Source: a virus
DNA length: 29,503 bases
Direction: 5' to 3' (one strand)
IMG/VR virus record: IMGVR_UViG_3300014962_000003
Coordinates: 1 to 29,503 of that record
Notes under the pieces: model-generated
Database searches by the model: none
Told to the model about the DNA's origin: nothing
The model's input: the letters and a program-made list of their open reading frames with translations, nothing else
In this document: positions 7,612 to 14,952 of the stretch, one piece after another
Position numbering within the stretch: the stretch's first letter is position 1
How the letters are laid out: the number at the start of each line of letters is the position of its first letter
Made by a program: the position numbers and the translations under genes

Positions 7612-8972
7612 TGGTTTTCAATCGTCTTTTCGAGTCTCGAGCTGTACCGTATCAGAGTATTTTTGCTGCTGGCGGCAGTATTGATTCTGAAACTCTTTCA
7701 GGTACTTCTGTAAATAGTGACACTGTTTTTCAGGTGAATGCTGTTTTCAGCGCTGTATCTCTTATTGCTGACACTATTTCTACTCTGCCGGTGGATGTGT
7801 TTATTCGCCGCGATGGTGCGCGTTATCCTTTCCGGCCGGCCCCGGCATGGGTGACGAAACCCGATGTTGACTTGCCGCGTGAAGCATTCTATTCGGCTGT
7901 GATTACTTCACTTCTCCTTGACGGTAACGCTTTTGTCAGATTGTTTTCTAATGATCGTGGCGAGATTGTGAACATGGTTGTTTTGAATCCGCACACTGTT
8001 GAAGTGAAGCGGAATGGTCTTGGCCGTCTCATGTTTAAAGTTGAGGGTGAAGATAATCTTGTTTCTTCTGATGAGATGGTTTTTATTCCTGACTTGTTGA
8101 AGCCTGGCACTGTTCGTGGCGTGTCGCGTGTTGAGGCGTTGAAAGAGAACTTTGCTTTGGCGAAGGCGCTCGAGAACTTTAGTGCAACTTTTTTTGGTCA
8201 GGGTACGAATACTGCGGGTGTTATCGAATATCCGGGTAATTTGACGGCTGAACAGGCTCAGGATTTGGCGCGTGGTTTTGATGCGCGGCATAAGGGTTGG
8301 CGTCGTGGTCATAAGACTGGCGTTCTTACTGGCGGTGCAACATTTAAGACAACACAGATTGACCCTGACAAGTCCACTCTTATTGATAGTCGTCGTATGG
8401 CTGTTGAGGATGTTGCCCGCGCGTTTAATATTCCTAGTAATCTGCTTGGCTTGCCGGGAACTAATTCTTATGCGAGTGTTGAGCAAAATAATCTTGCTTG
8501 GGTTACTCATGGTCTGCGGCCTATCGTGCAGAAGCTTGAGAATGGTTTTAGTCCATTGATGTCGCGTTATCCTGGCGGCGAGACAGCGTTTGTCCGTTTC
8601 AACATGGATGGTCTGTTACGGGCTGATATTAATTCGCGTATGAGTGCTTATAGTGTTGGACTTCAAGCGGGATTCTTGAGCATTAATGATGTTCGTGCGC
8701 TTGAGGATTTGCGGCCGGTGGTTGACCCGTCAGCTGATACGGTTCGTGTGCCTCTAGCTAATGTGAACATTGATGCTGCTACTTTGTCTGCCGAGGATAA
8801 GCAGGTTGCGATGGCGCAGAAACTTATTCTCGCTGGCTTTGATCCGGCTGAGACTCTTGCGGCTCTTGGTTTGCCAGCTATCGCGCACACTGGCGTTCCT
8901 TCTACTCAGTTGCAGCCTGTCTCGCAGATTGCTGATGTGGCTGGCGCTGAAAATGTATACGGAGTGAACTAA
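7611..8972 (+). CDS. Portal protein (HK97 family-like).
   Basis: 453 aa, positioned after terL. Sequence character is typical of HK97-type portals (..LLDGNAF.., ..FNIPSNLLG.., ..YSVGLQAGFLSINDVR..). Confidence 0.85.
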   Translation: MVFNRLFESRAVPYQSIFAAGGSIDSETLSGTSVNSDTVFQVNAVFSAVSLIADTISTLPVDVFIRRDGARYPFRPAPAWVTKPDVDLPREAFYSAVITSLLLDGNAFVRLFSNDRGEIVNMVVLNPHTVEVKRNGLGRLMFKVEGEDNLVSSDEMVFIPDLLKPGTVRGVSRVEALKENFALAKALENFSATFFGQGTNTAGVIEYPGNLTAEQAQDLARGFDARHKGWRRGHKTGVLTGGATFKTTQIDPDKSTLIDSRRMAVEDVARAFNIPSNLLGLPGTNSYASVEQNNLAWVTHGLRPIVQKLENGFSPLMSRYPGGETAFVRFNMDGLLRADINSRMSAYSVGLQAGFLSINDVRALEDLRPVVDPSADTVRVPLANVNIDAATLSAEDKQVAMAQKLILAGFDPAETLAALGLPAIAHTGVPSTQLQPVSQIADVAGAENVYGVN

Positions 8973-9328
8973 TGCAAGAGCCAGGCTATCTTGACTTGAA
9001 TTGTTACCAGGGAGCAACTTTCGATTACACGCTGACTTGGCAGACTGGCGGTACACCTGTCAACCTGACAAGCTATACGGCGCGAATGCAGGTACGCGAA
9101 TCATATGACGCTGGTACGGCGATTCTTTCGCTCACTAGCGGTACAGGAATCACGCTTGGTGGTACGGCTGGAACTATCGTCTTGAATGCGGCAGCCACAG
9201 CAACAGCAGCCCTTGATGGCACACCTAATAAACAATATATTTACGATCTCGAGCTTGTGAATGGCTCTGGGGTGGTGACTCGACTCGTTGAGGGTAACTT
9301 CACTGTCTATCCTGAGGTGACTCGATGA
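8972..9328 (+). CDS. Small beta-rich structural protein (Ig-like fibre or decoration-type domain).
   Basis: TAATG coupling to the portal. The pattern QGATFDYTLTW...LTSYTARMQVR...YIYDLELV...G.FTVYPEVT recurs in phage structural proteins. Confidence 0.45.
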   Translation: MQEPGYLDLNCYQGATFDYTLTWQTGGTPVNLTSYTARMQVRESYDAGTAILSLTSGTGITLGGTAGTIVLNAAATATAALDGTPNKQYIYDLELVNGSGVVTRLVEGNFTVYPEVTR

Positions 9329-9900
9329 CTGAAGTTTTAGTTACAGTCACTAAGCCTACTGTCACGGTTGTTTCACCGACTGCCGCGACCGTAACGGTAA
9401 GCGATGTTCACGATAAGATTGTTTTGAACAAATTTGATCCTGCTTATATTTCTGTTTTCGATGCGACTACGCAGACTGACGGCGGCGGAACAACCAGTTC
9501 GCAAATCACTTTCAGTAATCAAGACATAAATTATGATTTTGGTTTCGCTAACAACACTTTTACTTTTTTGCGTTCTGGAACTTTTATGGTGCAATATTCT
9601 GCACAGTTGCGTAATTCAGCAACAAGCATTCAAGATGTCAACATTTTTTTGAAAAAAAATAATCAAGTTGTTCCTGAAAGCTCAACTTATGTTTCAATTC
9701 CTAATTCACATGGTGGTTCACCTGGCGATGCAGTTAGTTCTGTAACTTATGTTCAGCAATTTGAGGTGAATGACACACTCCAATTTTGGTGGTATTCGAC
9801 TAGTACGAGCTGTCAACTTGCTACGATTGCTGCTCAGGCTTCTGGCCCTGAAATGCCGCGTAGTCCTAGCATGATTGTTACGATTGCACAGATTAGTTAG
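9325..9900 (+). CDS. C1q/TNF-like (BclA C-terminal-like) jelly-roll domain protein.
   Basis: ATGA coupling. The C-terminal half GTFMVQYSAQL...VNIFLKKNNQVV...VTYVQQFEVNDTLQFWWY resembles the C1q-like fold pattern. The region is AT-rich (about 32% GC at 9601-9660). Confidence 0.4.
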   Translation: MTEVLVTVTKPTVTVVSPTAATVTVSDVHDKIVLNKFDPAYISVFDATTQTDGGGTTSSQITFSNQDINYDFGFANNTFTFLRSGTFMVQYSAQLRNSATSIQDVNIFLKKNNQVVPESSTYVSIPNSHGGSPGDAVSSVTYVQQFEVNDTLQFWWYSTSTSCQLATIAAQASGPEMPRSPSMIVTIAQIS

Positions 9901-9908
9901 GAAAGATT

Positions 9909-11216
9909 GTGCCTTATTACATTGAGCAGGGTTGTGATGGTAAACCGGAATGGTGGGCTGTCAAAGATATTGCTGGCGAACAGTTCGGATGCCACGCGAC
10001 TAAACAGGATGCTATTGACCAGGGTGTTGCAATTTCGCTTGCCGATAATGAGCCTTTTCTAGGCGAAAATAAACCTGAAGATCGTAATGCTGATGGTGAA
10101 CCGATTATTGTCTGCGATATTGATGGCACTCTTATTCAGGGCGGGGCGCGGGTTGAGCGTGTTTGGTCTTATGTTGAGGATGCTGAGGGTGCGCTGTTTA
10201 TTGTGACTGGCCGGCCTGAGAATGAACGGTCTGATACTGAAAGCCAGTTGGCTGACCTTGATATTGAGTATTCACGGCTGATTATGAATGATGGCTCTAC
10301 GGCGGATAGTGCCGAATATAAGAAAGCTACGGCCGAGAAGCTGCTTGAGACTTATGATGTTGTTTTGGCTGTCGAGAATGATGCTAAAACTTTGCGCTAC
10401 TATCGTGAGCTTGGCATTGATGCTGTAGACCCTGCCGATATTCCTGCAACAGCTTCGGCTGGTAAACTGGGCAAGTACCGTTCGAAGGATGAATTAGTGA
10501 ATAAGTTTGAAACTCGTATTAGTGCGGCCGAGTTTGAGGTTCGTGAAGAAGCTGATGGTATGCACTTCAGCGGCTATGCTGCCGTTTTTAATTCTCCTTC
10601 TGAGCCGCTACCGTTTACTGAACGGATTGCTCCTGGCGCTTTCAAGCGTTCACTTCGCGCCCGTAACGACATTAAGCTTTTATGGAATCACGACACTAGC
10701 GAGGTTTTGGGTTCTACTCGCGCTAAAACTTTGAGCCTGTTTGAGGATGAGCGTGGTTTGCGTGTTGAGGCTATGTTGCCGAACACTCAGCGGGGTCGTG
10801 ATACTGCCGAGCTGTTGCGTCGTGGCGATGTAGATTCTATGTCTTTCGGTTTCTCGGTTATCAAAGATTCTTGGTCTGCTGACGGTAACGAGCGCACACT
10901 TAATTCTGTTCGTTTGCATGAGGTTTCGGTTGTGGCTTTTCCGGCTTACAGTGCGACGGCTGGCACAACTTCTGTCCGTTCGCTTGATAAAGTTGCGACT
11001 CGTGCCGAGGTTGACGCTGATCAGCTTGCGGCTGCCCTCGATAAGATTGAGGCGGGCGAAGATATTACGCAAGATGAGCGGACTATTCTTTCACAAGTGA
11101 TTGATAAATTGTCGCCTGAACTTCATCTCGAGCCTGAACCAGAGCAGGGTGATGTTGCTAATCTTGGTTTGTTGGCTTTGAAAAAGAAGCGTCTTGAAAT
11201 GCTTAAGGGCATCTAA
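9909..11216 (+). CDS. Fusion protein: DUF2188-like N-terminus, HAD (Pnkp-type) phosphatase domain, HK97-family prohead maturation protease, and a C-terminal coiled/targeting tail.
   Basis: GTG start after the AGGAAAG Shine-Dalgarno. HAD motifs: IVCDIDGTL, FIVTGRPE, EYKKATAEK and LAVENDAKTLRYYRELGI. Protease motifs: FSGYAAVFN, LLWNHD, VLGST, SMSFGF and EVSVVAFPAY. Confidence 0.75.
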   Translation: MPYYIEQGCDGKPEWWAVKDIAGEQFGCHATKQDAIDQGVAISLADNEPFLGENKPEDRNADGEPIIVCDIDGTLIQGGARVERVWSYVEDAEGALFIVTGRPENERSDTESQLADLDIEYSRLIMNDGSTADSAEYKKATAEKLLETYDVVLAVENDAKTLRYYRELGIDAVDPADIPATASAGKLGKYRSKDELVNKFETRISAAEFEVREEADGMHFSGYAAVFNSPSEPLPFTERIAPGAFKRSLRARNDIKLLWNHDTSEVLGSTRAKTLSLFEDERGLRVEAMLPNTQRGRDTAELLRRGDVDSMSFGFSVIKDSWSADGNERTLNSVRLHEVSVVAFPAYSATAGTTSVRSLDKVATRAEVDADQLAAALDKIEAGEDITQDERTILSQVIDKLSPELHLEPEPEQGDVANLGLLALKKKRLEMLKGI

Positions 11217-11572
11217 TGGATATTGAAGAATGGGATTTGCTCAACGAGCGTCAACAAGAACAAGCTGAAAATTATACAGAACTTGTTTTGAAGTTCGATA
11301 TGTTCGATCAGTCGTCTGGTGCTGATGGGGCGCATTATGCACCGGCTGATAAAAACCCTTTTAAGGCTGATGGTTTGATATGCCAGAATTGTGTTTTCTT
11401 TAATGAAGAAAATAATCAGTGTCAGATTGTTGCGGGCATGATTGAGCCTGAGGCTGTTTGTAAACTTTGGATTATTCCTGAAGCGTCTATTGTTTCTGCT
11501 CAAGCTAGTGCTGACGCTATGCGTAAACTTGATATGAAGCGGCGTAGATTGGATTTGCTGAAAAGCATTTAG
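11216..11572 (+). CDS. Cys4 (putative metal-binding) head-assembly-region protein.
   Basis: TAATG coupling. CQNCVFFNEENNQCQIVAGMIEPEAVCKLW gives C-x2-C-x9-C-x13-C. The C-terminus MKRRRLDLLKSI parallels the protease C-terminus. Confidence 0.55.
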   Translation: MDIEEWDLLNERQQEQAENYTELVLKFDMFDQSSGADGAHYAPADKNPFKADGLICQNCVFFNEENNQCQIVAGMIEPEAVCKLWIIPEASIVSAQASADAMRKLDMKRRRLDLLKSI

Positions 11573-11582
11573 GTTACAGATG

Positions 11583-11620
11583 CCCTCGGTTTTCCTTTCG
11601 GCCGGGGGTATTCTGTTTTT
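11583..11620 (+). terminator. Hairpin plus interrupted T-tract (weak terminator candidate).
   Basis: ccctcgg / ccggggg 7-bp stem (one G:U pair), then tattctgttttt. Confidence 0.4.
11609..11614 (+). promoter_or_regulatory. -10-like TATTCT upstream of the tmRNA-like element.
   Basis: ggTATTCTgt. The hexamer ends 7 nt before G11622, the first base of the acceptor stem. Confidence 0.3.
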
Positions 11621-11621
11621 A

Positions 11622-11701
11622 GGGGCTGAATAGGTTTCGAAGATATGTAAAACCCCACGAGGGCAACTGTCTGACGCGAGTTCGACTCTCGCCAGCTCCA
11701 C
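11622..11701 (+). ncRNA. tmRNA-like tRNA-like domain (mini-tmRNA; acceptor and T arm only, no mRNA-like domain).
   Basis: GGGGCUG pairs with CAGCUCC (7 bp, with a G3:U pair), then discriminator A. T arm is GCGAG-UUCGACU-CUCGC. The 5' GGGGCUGAAUAGGUUUCGA and 3' GACGCGAGUUCGACUCUCGCCAGCUCCAC resemble the conserved tmRNA termini. No anticodon arm can be drawn. Confidence 0.65.
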
Positions 11702-11727
11702 TGAATACTGAGTATATATATTCGGGG

Positions 11728-11733
11728 TATACT
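11728..11733 (+). promoter_or_regulatory. -10-like TATACT upstream of the major capsid gene.
   Basis: ggggTATACTgt lies in the 250-bp intergenic gap, about 90 nt upstream of ATG 11824. Confidence 0.3.
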
Positions 11734-11823
11734 GTAAATGTCGATGTGAGTAAGCTCTGCGATTTCCTTTTTAGGTTGAGTGTAAGCACCGCCGACAAAT
11801 CAAACTATTTGGAGTTATTTCTG

Positions 11824-12942
11824 ATGAGTGAGTTCATTAAAACTCAGCAGGAGCTTCGCGCAAACCTCGTATCTCAAATGCAGGAAGCACTTGATGTTGC
11901 TGAGGAGCGCGGCGGGCTTGATGCTGAAACGACCGCTAAAGTTGAGGCTATTGAGGCTGACATTCGTAAAGCTTCTGAGGCTATCGCCGTAGCTGAACGC
12001 CACGAGGAGCGCAAGGCTGAAGCTGCTGTTGCTGCTCGCGGTTTCATGCCTGTTGAGGAAGCTCGTGGAGATGCAGACATTTTCCGCGCACTTGCTAACG
12101 GTGAAATGCGTAACCACAAGTTCGAACAGCGTGCAACACTTGTTCCTGCTACCGCAACTGTTCCCGTTTCGTTCCTTGACCGTGTTTACGGTCTGGCTCG
12201 TCTCGTTGGCCCGATGCTTGATGTGGCTGAGGTTATCCAGCGTTCTTCCGGTAACGATCTTCGTATCCCGGTTTACACTGGCTTCTCGACTGCTACGGCT
12301 TCGTCTGCTGGTTCAGCAATTAGTGAAAGCAACCCGACATTTGACAGCATCCTTCTTCAGCCTGTGAAGATGGGCTTCATTGTTCCGATTGCTAACGAGC
12401 TTATTTCTGACGCTGGCTTTGATATTGAAGCTGTTATTGCTGAACAAGCTGGTAACGCTATCGGTTACGCTGTGAACGGTACGGCAACTTCTGTTCTTGT
12501 TGCTGCTGCTGGTTCTGGTGTTACCGCTTCGAGCGCAACCGCTATCTCGGCTGACAACCTCATTGATCTGGCTTACTCGGCCGATGGCGCTATCCGTCGT
12601 CGCCCAGGTGTCGGTTACATGGCTAACGGTTCGACCATTGGCGCTATCCGCAAGCTGAAGGATACTGCTGGCAACTACCTTTACCAGGTGGGCGTTGGAC
12701 AACCTGACACTTTCGCTGGTTTCGCTATCTACGAGAACCCTGCTCTCGACTCGGTTGCTACCGGCAAGAAAGCTGTTCTGTTCGGTGACTTCAAGAGCCA
12801 CAAGATCACGACCACCGGTCTTGATGTTGCCACCTCGGTTGACGCTTACTTCGCAAACGATGTAACGGCATACCGCTTCACTTACCGTGTCGCTTCTGGC
12901 CTAAGCCACAGCGGCCATGTTAAGTACCTGCTCCAGCCGTAA
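11824..12942 (+). CDS. Major capsid protein, HK97 fold, with an N-terminal delta (scaffold-like) domain.
   Basis: GGAG Shine-Dalgarno before ATG 11824. Coiled N-terminus TQQELRANLVSQMQEALDVAEERG...AIEADIRKASEA, then a typical HK97 body. A strong terminator follows. GTG 11746 is the longest start but less likely. Confidence 0.88.
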   Translation: MSEFIKTQQELRANLVSQMQEALDVAEERGGLDAETTAKVEAIEADIRKASEAIAVAERHEERKAEAAVAARGFMPVEEARGDADIFRALANGEMRNHKFEQRATLVPATATVPVSFLDRVYGLARLVGPMLDVAEVIQRSSGNDLRIPVYTGFSTATASSAGSAISESNPTFDSILLQPVKMGFIVPIANELISDAGFDIEAVIAEQAGNAIGYAVNGTATSVLVAAAGSGVTASSATAISADNLIDLAYSADGAIRRRPGVGYMANGSTIGAIRKLKDTAGNYLYQVGVGQPDTFAGFAIYENPALDSVATGKKAVLFGDFKSHKITTTGLDVATSVDAYFANDVTAYRFTYRVASGLSHSGHVKYLLQP

Positions 12943-12960
12943 GGTTTGAGTAAATAAGAT

Positions 12961-13000
12961 TCCCCCGCCAGTTGTAGGTTCTGGCGGGGGATTCTCTTTT
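12961..13000 (+). terminator. Strong rho-independent terminator after the capsid gene.
   Basis: tcccccgccag-ttgtaggtt-ctggcggggga gives a perfect 11-bp stem, followed by ttctctttt. Confidence 0.8.
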
Positions 13001-13057
13001 ATCGTCTGTGCCGCACCATTGGCACTCCACTAACAGCTTTACTTTCTGTGTAGTAGA

Positions 13058-13076
13058 TGTCACCTATCTGGTGACA
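13058..13076. promoter_or_regulatory. Inverted repeat (possible operator) upstream of the glycosyltransferase promoter.
   Basis: tgtcacc-tatct-ggtgaca, 7-bp arms. It lies 16 bp upstream of the TAGACT box at 13092. Confidence 0.3.
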
Positions 13077-13091
13077 CACCGAGTATATGGC

Positions 13092-13097
13092 TAGACT
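13092..13097 (+). promoter_or_regulatory. -10 box TAGACT(TG), placed for a leaderless glycosyltransferase mRNA.
   Basis: ggcTAGACTtg matches the motif at 5506. The hexamer ends 6 nt before ATG 13104, with no Shine-Dalgarno sequence. Confidence 0.4.
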
Positions 13098-13103
13098 TGG
13101 CTT

Positions 13104-14309
13104 ATGGGCAAACCTACTTTTGAAAAACTTTCTGGCGCTATTTCTCTCGTCTCTAACACTCCTGGGATGCCGACTGGTTACGGTCAGCAGGGCGAATATT
13201 TGGTTGAGCGTATGTTGCGCCACAACCTTGATGTTGCCGTGCTATCTAATTATGGGCATGAAGGTACTTTGACGACTCTTGACATTGGGGGTAAATCTAT
13301 TCCGCATTATCCTCGAGGGTTGAAACAGTATAGCGAGGATGTGATTCGTGCCTACCATCTGGATTTTACGAGCCAGTTCCCGAATAAGAAGAATGCTGTT
13401 TTTACTCTTTATGATGTGTGGGTTTACGATAATCTGCCGAAACCTGACGAGTTTGATGTGCCGATTATTTCGTGGGTGCCGCTGGATCATGTTTCTTTAC
13501 CGCCGCTGGTTCACAAGTTTTTATTGCGTGAGAATGTTCAGGCTGTCACTATGTCTCCACATGGTCAACGACAACTTGAACAGGCGGGTATTGATTCGAT
13601 TTATATTCCGCACGGTGTCGATTTGAAAGTGTATAAGCCGACAGAGTTTATGTCTGATGGTTCGACGGTGCGCGAATATTTGGATATTGGCGGCGAGTTC
13701 CTTGTTGGTATGGTTGCGGCGAATAAGGCGAATGGTCTGGTTCATCGTAAAGCGTATGCTGAGCAGTTGCTTGCGTTCAGTATGTTTTTGCAGAAGAAGC
13801 CTGACGCGAAACTTTATATTCATGCTGAGGCTTCTGCGTCGATGGGCGGGTTTGATTTGCCAGCTTTGGTGAAGGCTTGTGGTATTCCTGAAGGTTCAGT
13901 TATTTTCCCTGACCCGTTAGCTCATAGGCTTGGGTTTAGTCAGCAGGATTTGGCAGCACTATATACAAGTTTTGATGTTCTTCTGCATGCCGGTTATGGT
14001 GAGGGTTTTGGAGTTTGTGGGGTTGAAGCTCAAGCGTGTGGTACGAGGGTTATTACTTCTGATTGGGCTGCTACCGCAGATTTGGCTTCTGAGGATTCGT
14101 GGCTTGTTCCTGGTTCTCCGTGGTGGGATGAGCCTCAAAAGTCATGGATGCAGATTCCGAATATTAATGCGATTGCTCAGGCTTTGGAGATGGCTTCTGA
14201 GATGGAGCGTGGCCCATCTGAGTATGCTCTCGAGTTTGCGAAACAGTTTGATGTTGAGACTGTCTGGCATTGGCGTTGGCTACCGTATTTGAGAAAGATG
14301 TTTAAATGA
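13104..14309 (+). CDS. Glycosyltransferase, GT-B fold (GT4/GT1-like).
   Basis: C-terminal EGFGVCGVEAQACGTRVITSD is the E-x7-E retaining-GT signature. 401 aa. Confidence 0.75.
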   Translation: MGKPTFEKLSGAISLVSNTPGMPTGYGQQGEYLVERMLRHNLDVAVLSNYGHEGTLTTLDIGGKSIPHYPRGLKQYSEDVIRAYHLDFTSQFPNKKNAVFTLYDVWVYDNLPKPDEFDVPIISWVPLDHVSLPPLVHKFLLRENVQAVTMSPHGQRQLEQAGIDSIYIPHGVDLKVYKPTEFMSDGSTVREYLDIGGEFLVGMVAANKANGLVHRKAYAEQLLAFSMFLQKKPDAKLYIHAEASASMGGFDLPALVKACGIPEGSVIFPDPLAHRLGFSQQDLAALYTSFDVLLHAGYGEGFGVCGVEAQACGTRVITSDWAATADLASEDSWLVPGSPWWDEPQKSWMQIPNINAIAQALEMASEMERGPSEYALEFAKQFDVETVWHWRWLPYLRKMFK

Positions 14310-14947
14310 TTCCTGTTTTGGGTGTGCCAACTTTGACCCGGCACGATTTGTGTGAACGGTTGCTCGAGTCGATTGATTACCCTGTTGAGCATTTGGTTAT
14401 CGTCAATAATGGTGATCCAGCGTGGCGAGCTGTGAAGCCGAAACTTGTGGAGCGGTTGAGTCAGATTGATATGCCAGCTAATCAGGGTGTGGCGGGGTCG
14501 TGGAATCTGATTATTAAGGCGACTCCTTTCGCACCGTATTGGCTGATTACTGGGGATGATACTTGGTTTCCTGAAGGATCACTCGAGGAGATTGCTTGTA
14601 AAGCTGGCCCTGATGCTTTATATCATTTGCAGGTTGCGCCGAAATGGGCTTCTTTTGCTATCGGCGAGGATGTGGTGCGTGAGGCTGGGCTTGCGTGTGA
14701 GCTTTTCCATCCAGCATATTTTGAGGATAATGACTGGCAGCGTCGTATAGATGAGGTTGCTGAAACTAAATATCTTGATATTCCGGTTCATCACGACAAT
14801 AGTTCTACTTTGAAGAGTGGTTTTGAATATAAGAACGGTTCTACTTTTGTAGCGAATATGGCCGTATATGAGCGGCGGCGTGAAGATGGCGTGTCTACTG
14901 GTGGCGAATGGGATTTGGATATTCGCCGCACGAACAGTTGGGATTGA
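14306..14947 (+). CDS. Glycosyltransferase family 2-like protein.
   Basis: ATGA coupling. N-terminus PVLGVPTLTRHDLCERLLESIDYPVEHLVIVNNG and a D-D motif (ITGDDTWF), as in GT-A enzymes of actinophages. Confidence 0.6.
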   Translation: MIPVLGVPTLTRHDLCERLLESIDYPVEHLVIVNNGDPAWRAVKPKLVERLSQIDMPANQGVAGSWNLIIKATPFAPYWLITGDDTWFPEGSLEEIACKAGPDALYHLQVAPKWASFAIGEDVVREAGLACELFHPAYFEDNDWQRRIDEVAETKYLDIPVHHDNSSTLKSGFEYKNGSTFVANMAVYERRREDGVSTGGEWDLDIRRTNSWD

Positions 14948-14952
14948 CGCGG

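Noticed and set aside
9643-9660. T7-G-A8 homopolymer pair (cattttttt gaaaaaaaa t) containing an A_AAA_AAT slippery-like heptamer inside the C1q-like gene.
   Set aside because: The -1 frame closes after about 30 codons with no recognisable product, and there is no downstream stimulatory structure. It is most simply a consequence of local AT-richness, though it is a plausible sequencing-error hotspot.
11622-11701. Canonical tRNA gene.
   Set aside because: The acceptor stem and T arm are perfect. The 47 nt between them yields no 5-bp anticodon stem with a 7-nt loop and no D stem. The D-region and flanking sequence match tmRNA rather than tRNA.
11213-11701. 162-aa minus-strand ORF covering the Cys4 gene and the tmRNA-like element.
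   Set aside because: It is antisense to a coupled plus-strand gene and to a structured RNA. Its translation is low-complexity.
11573-11823. attP site for integration into host ssrA.
   Set aside because: No integrase or recombinase gene exists anywhere in the closed genome. The element also contains the 5' acceptor half, which an attP core does not need. This cannot be fully excluded without the host sequence.
11746-11823. GTG 11746 as the capsid gene start (longest ORF).
   Set aside because: It would add 26 non-helical residues (MSKLCDFLFRLSV..) and lacks a Shine-Dalgarno. ATG 11824 has a GGAG at the right spacing and begins the typical delta-domain helix.
13930-14292. Plus-strand alternative-frame ORFs inside genes. 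Examples: 1079-1321, 5592-5807, 5989-6177, 8272-8559, 13348-13626, 13930-14292, 16112-16363, 19407-19706, 20470-20847, 21435-21755.
   Set aside because: They are Leu/Arg-rich off-frame translations fully embedded in motif-bearing CDSs. There is no independent evidence for them.
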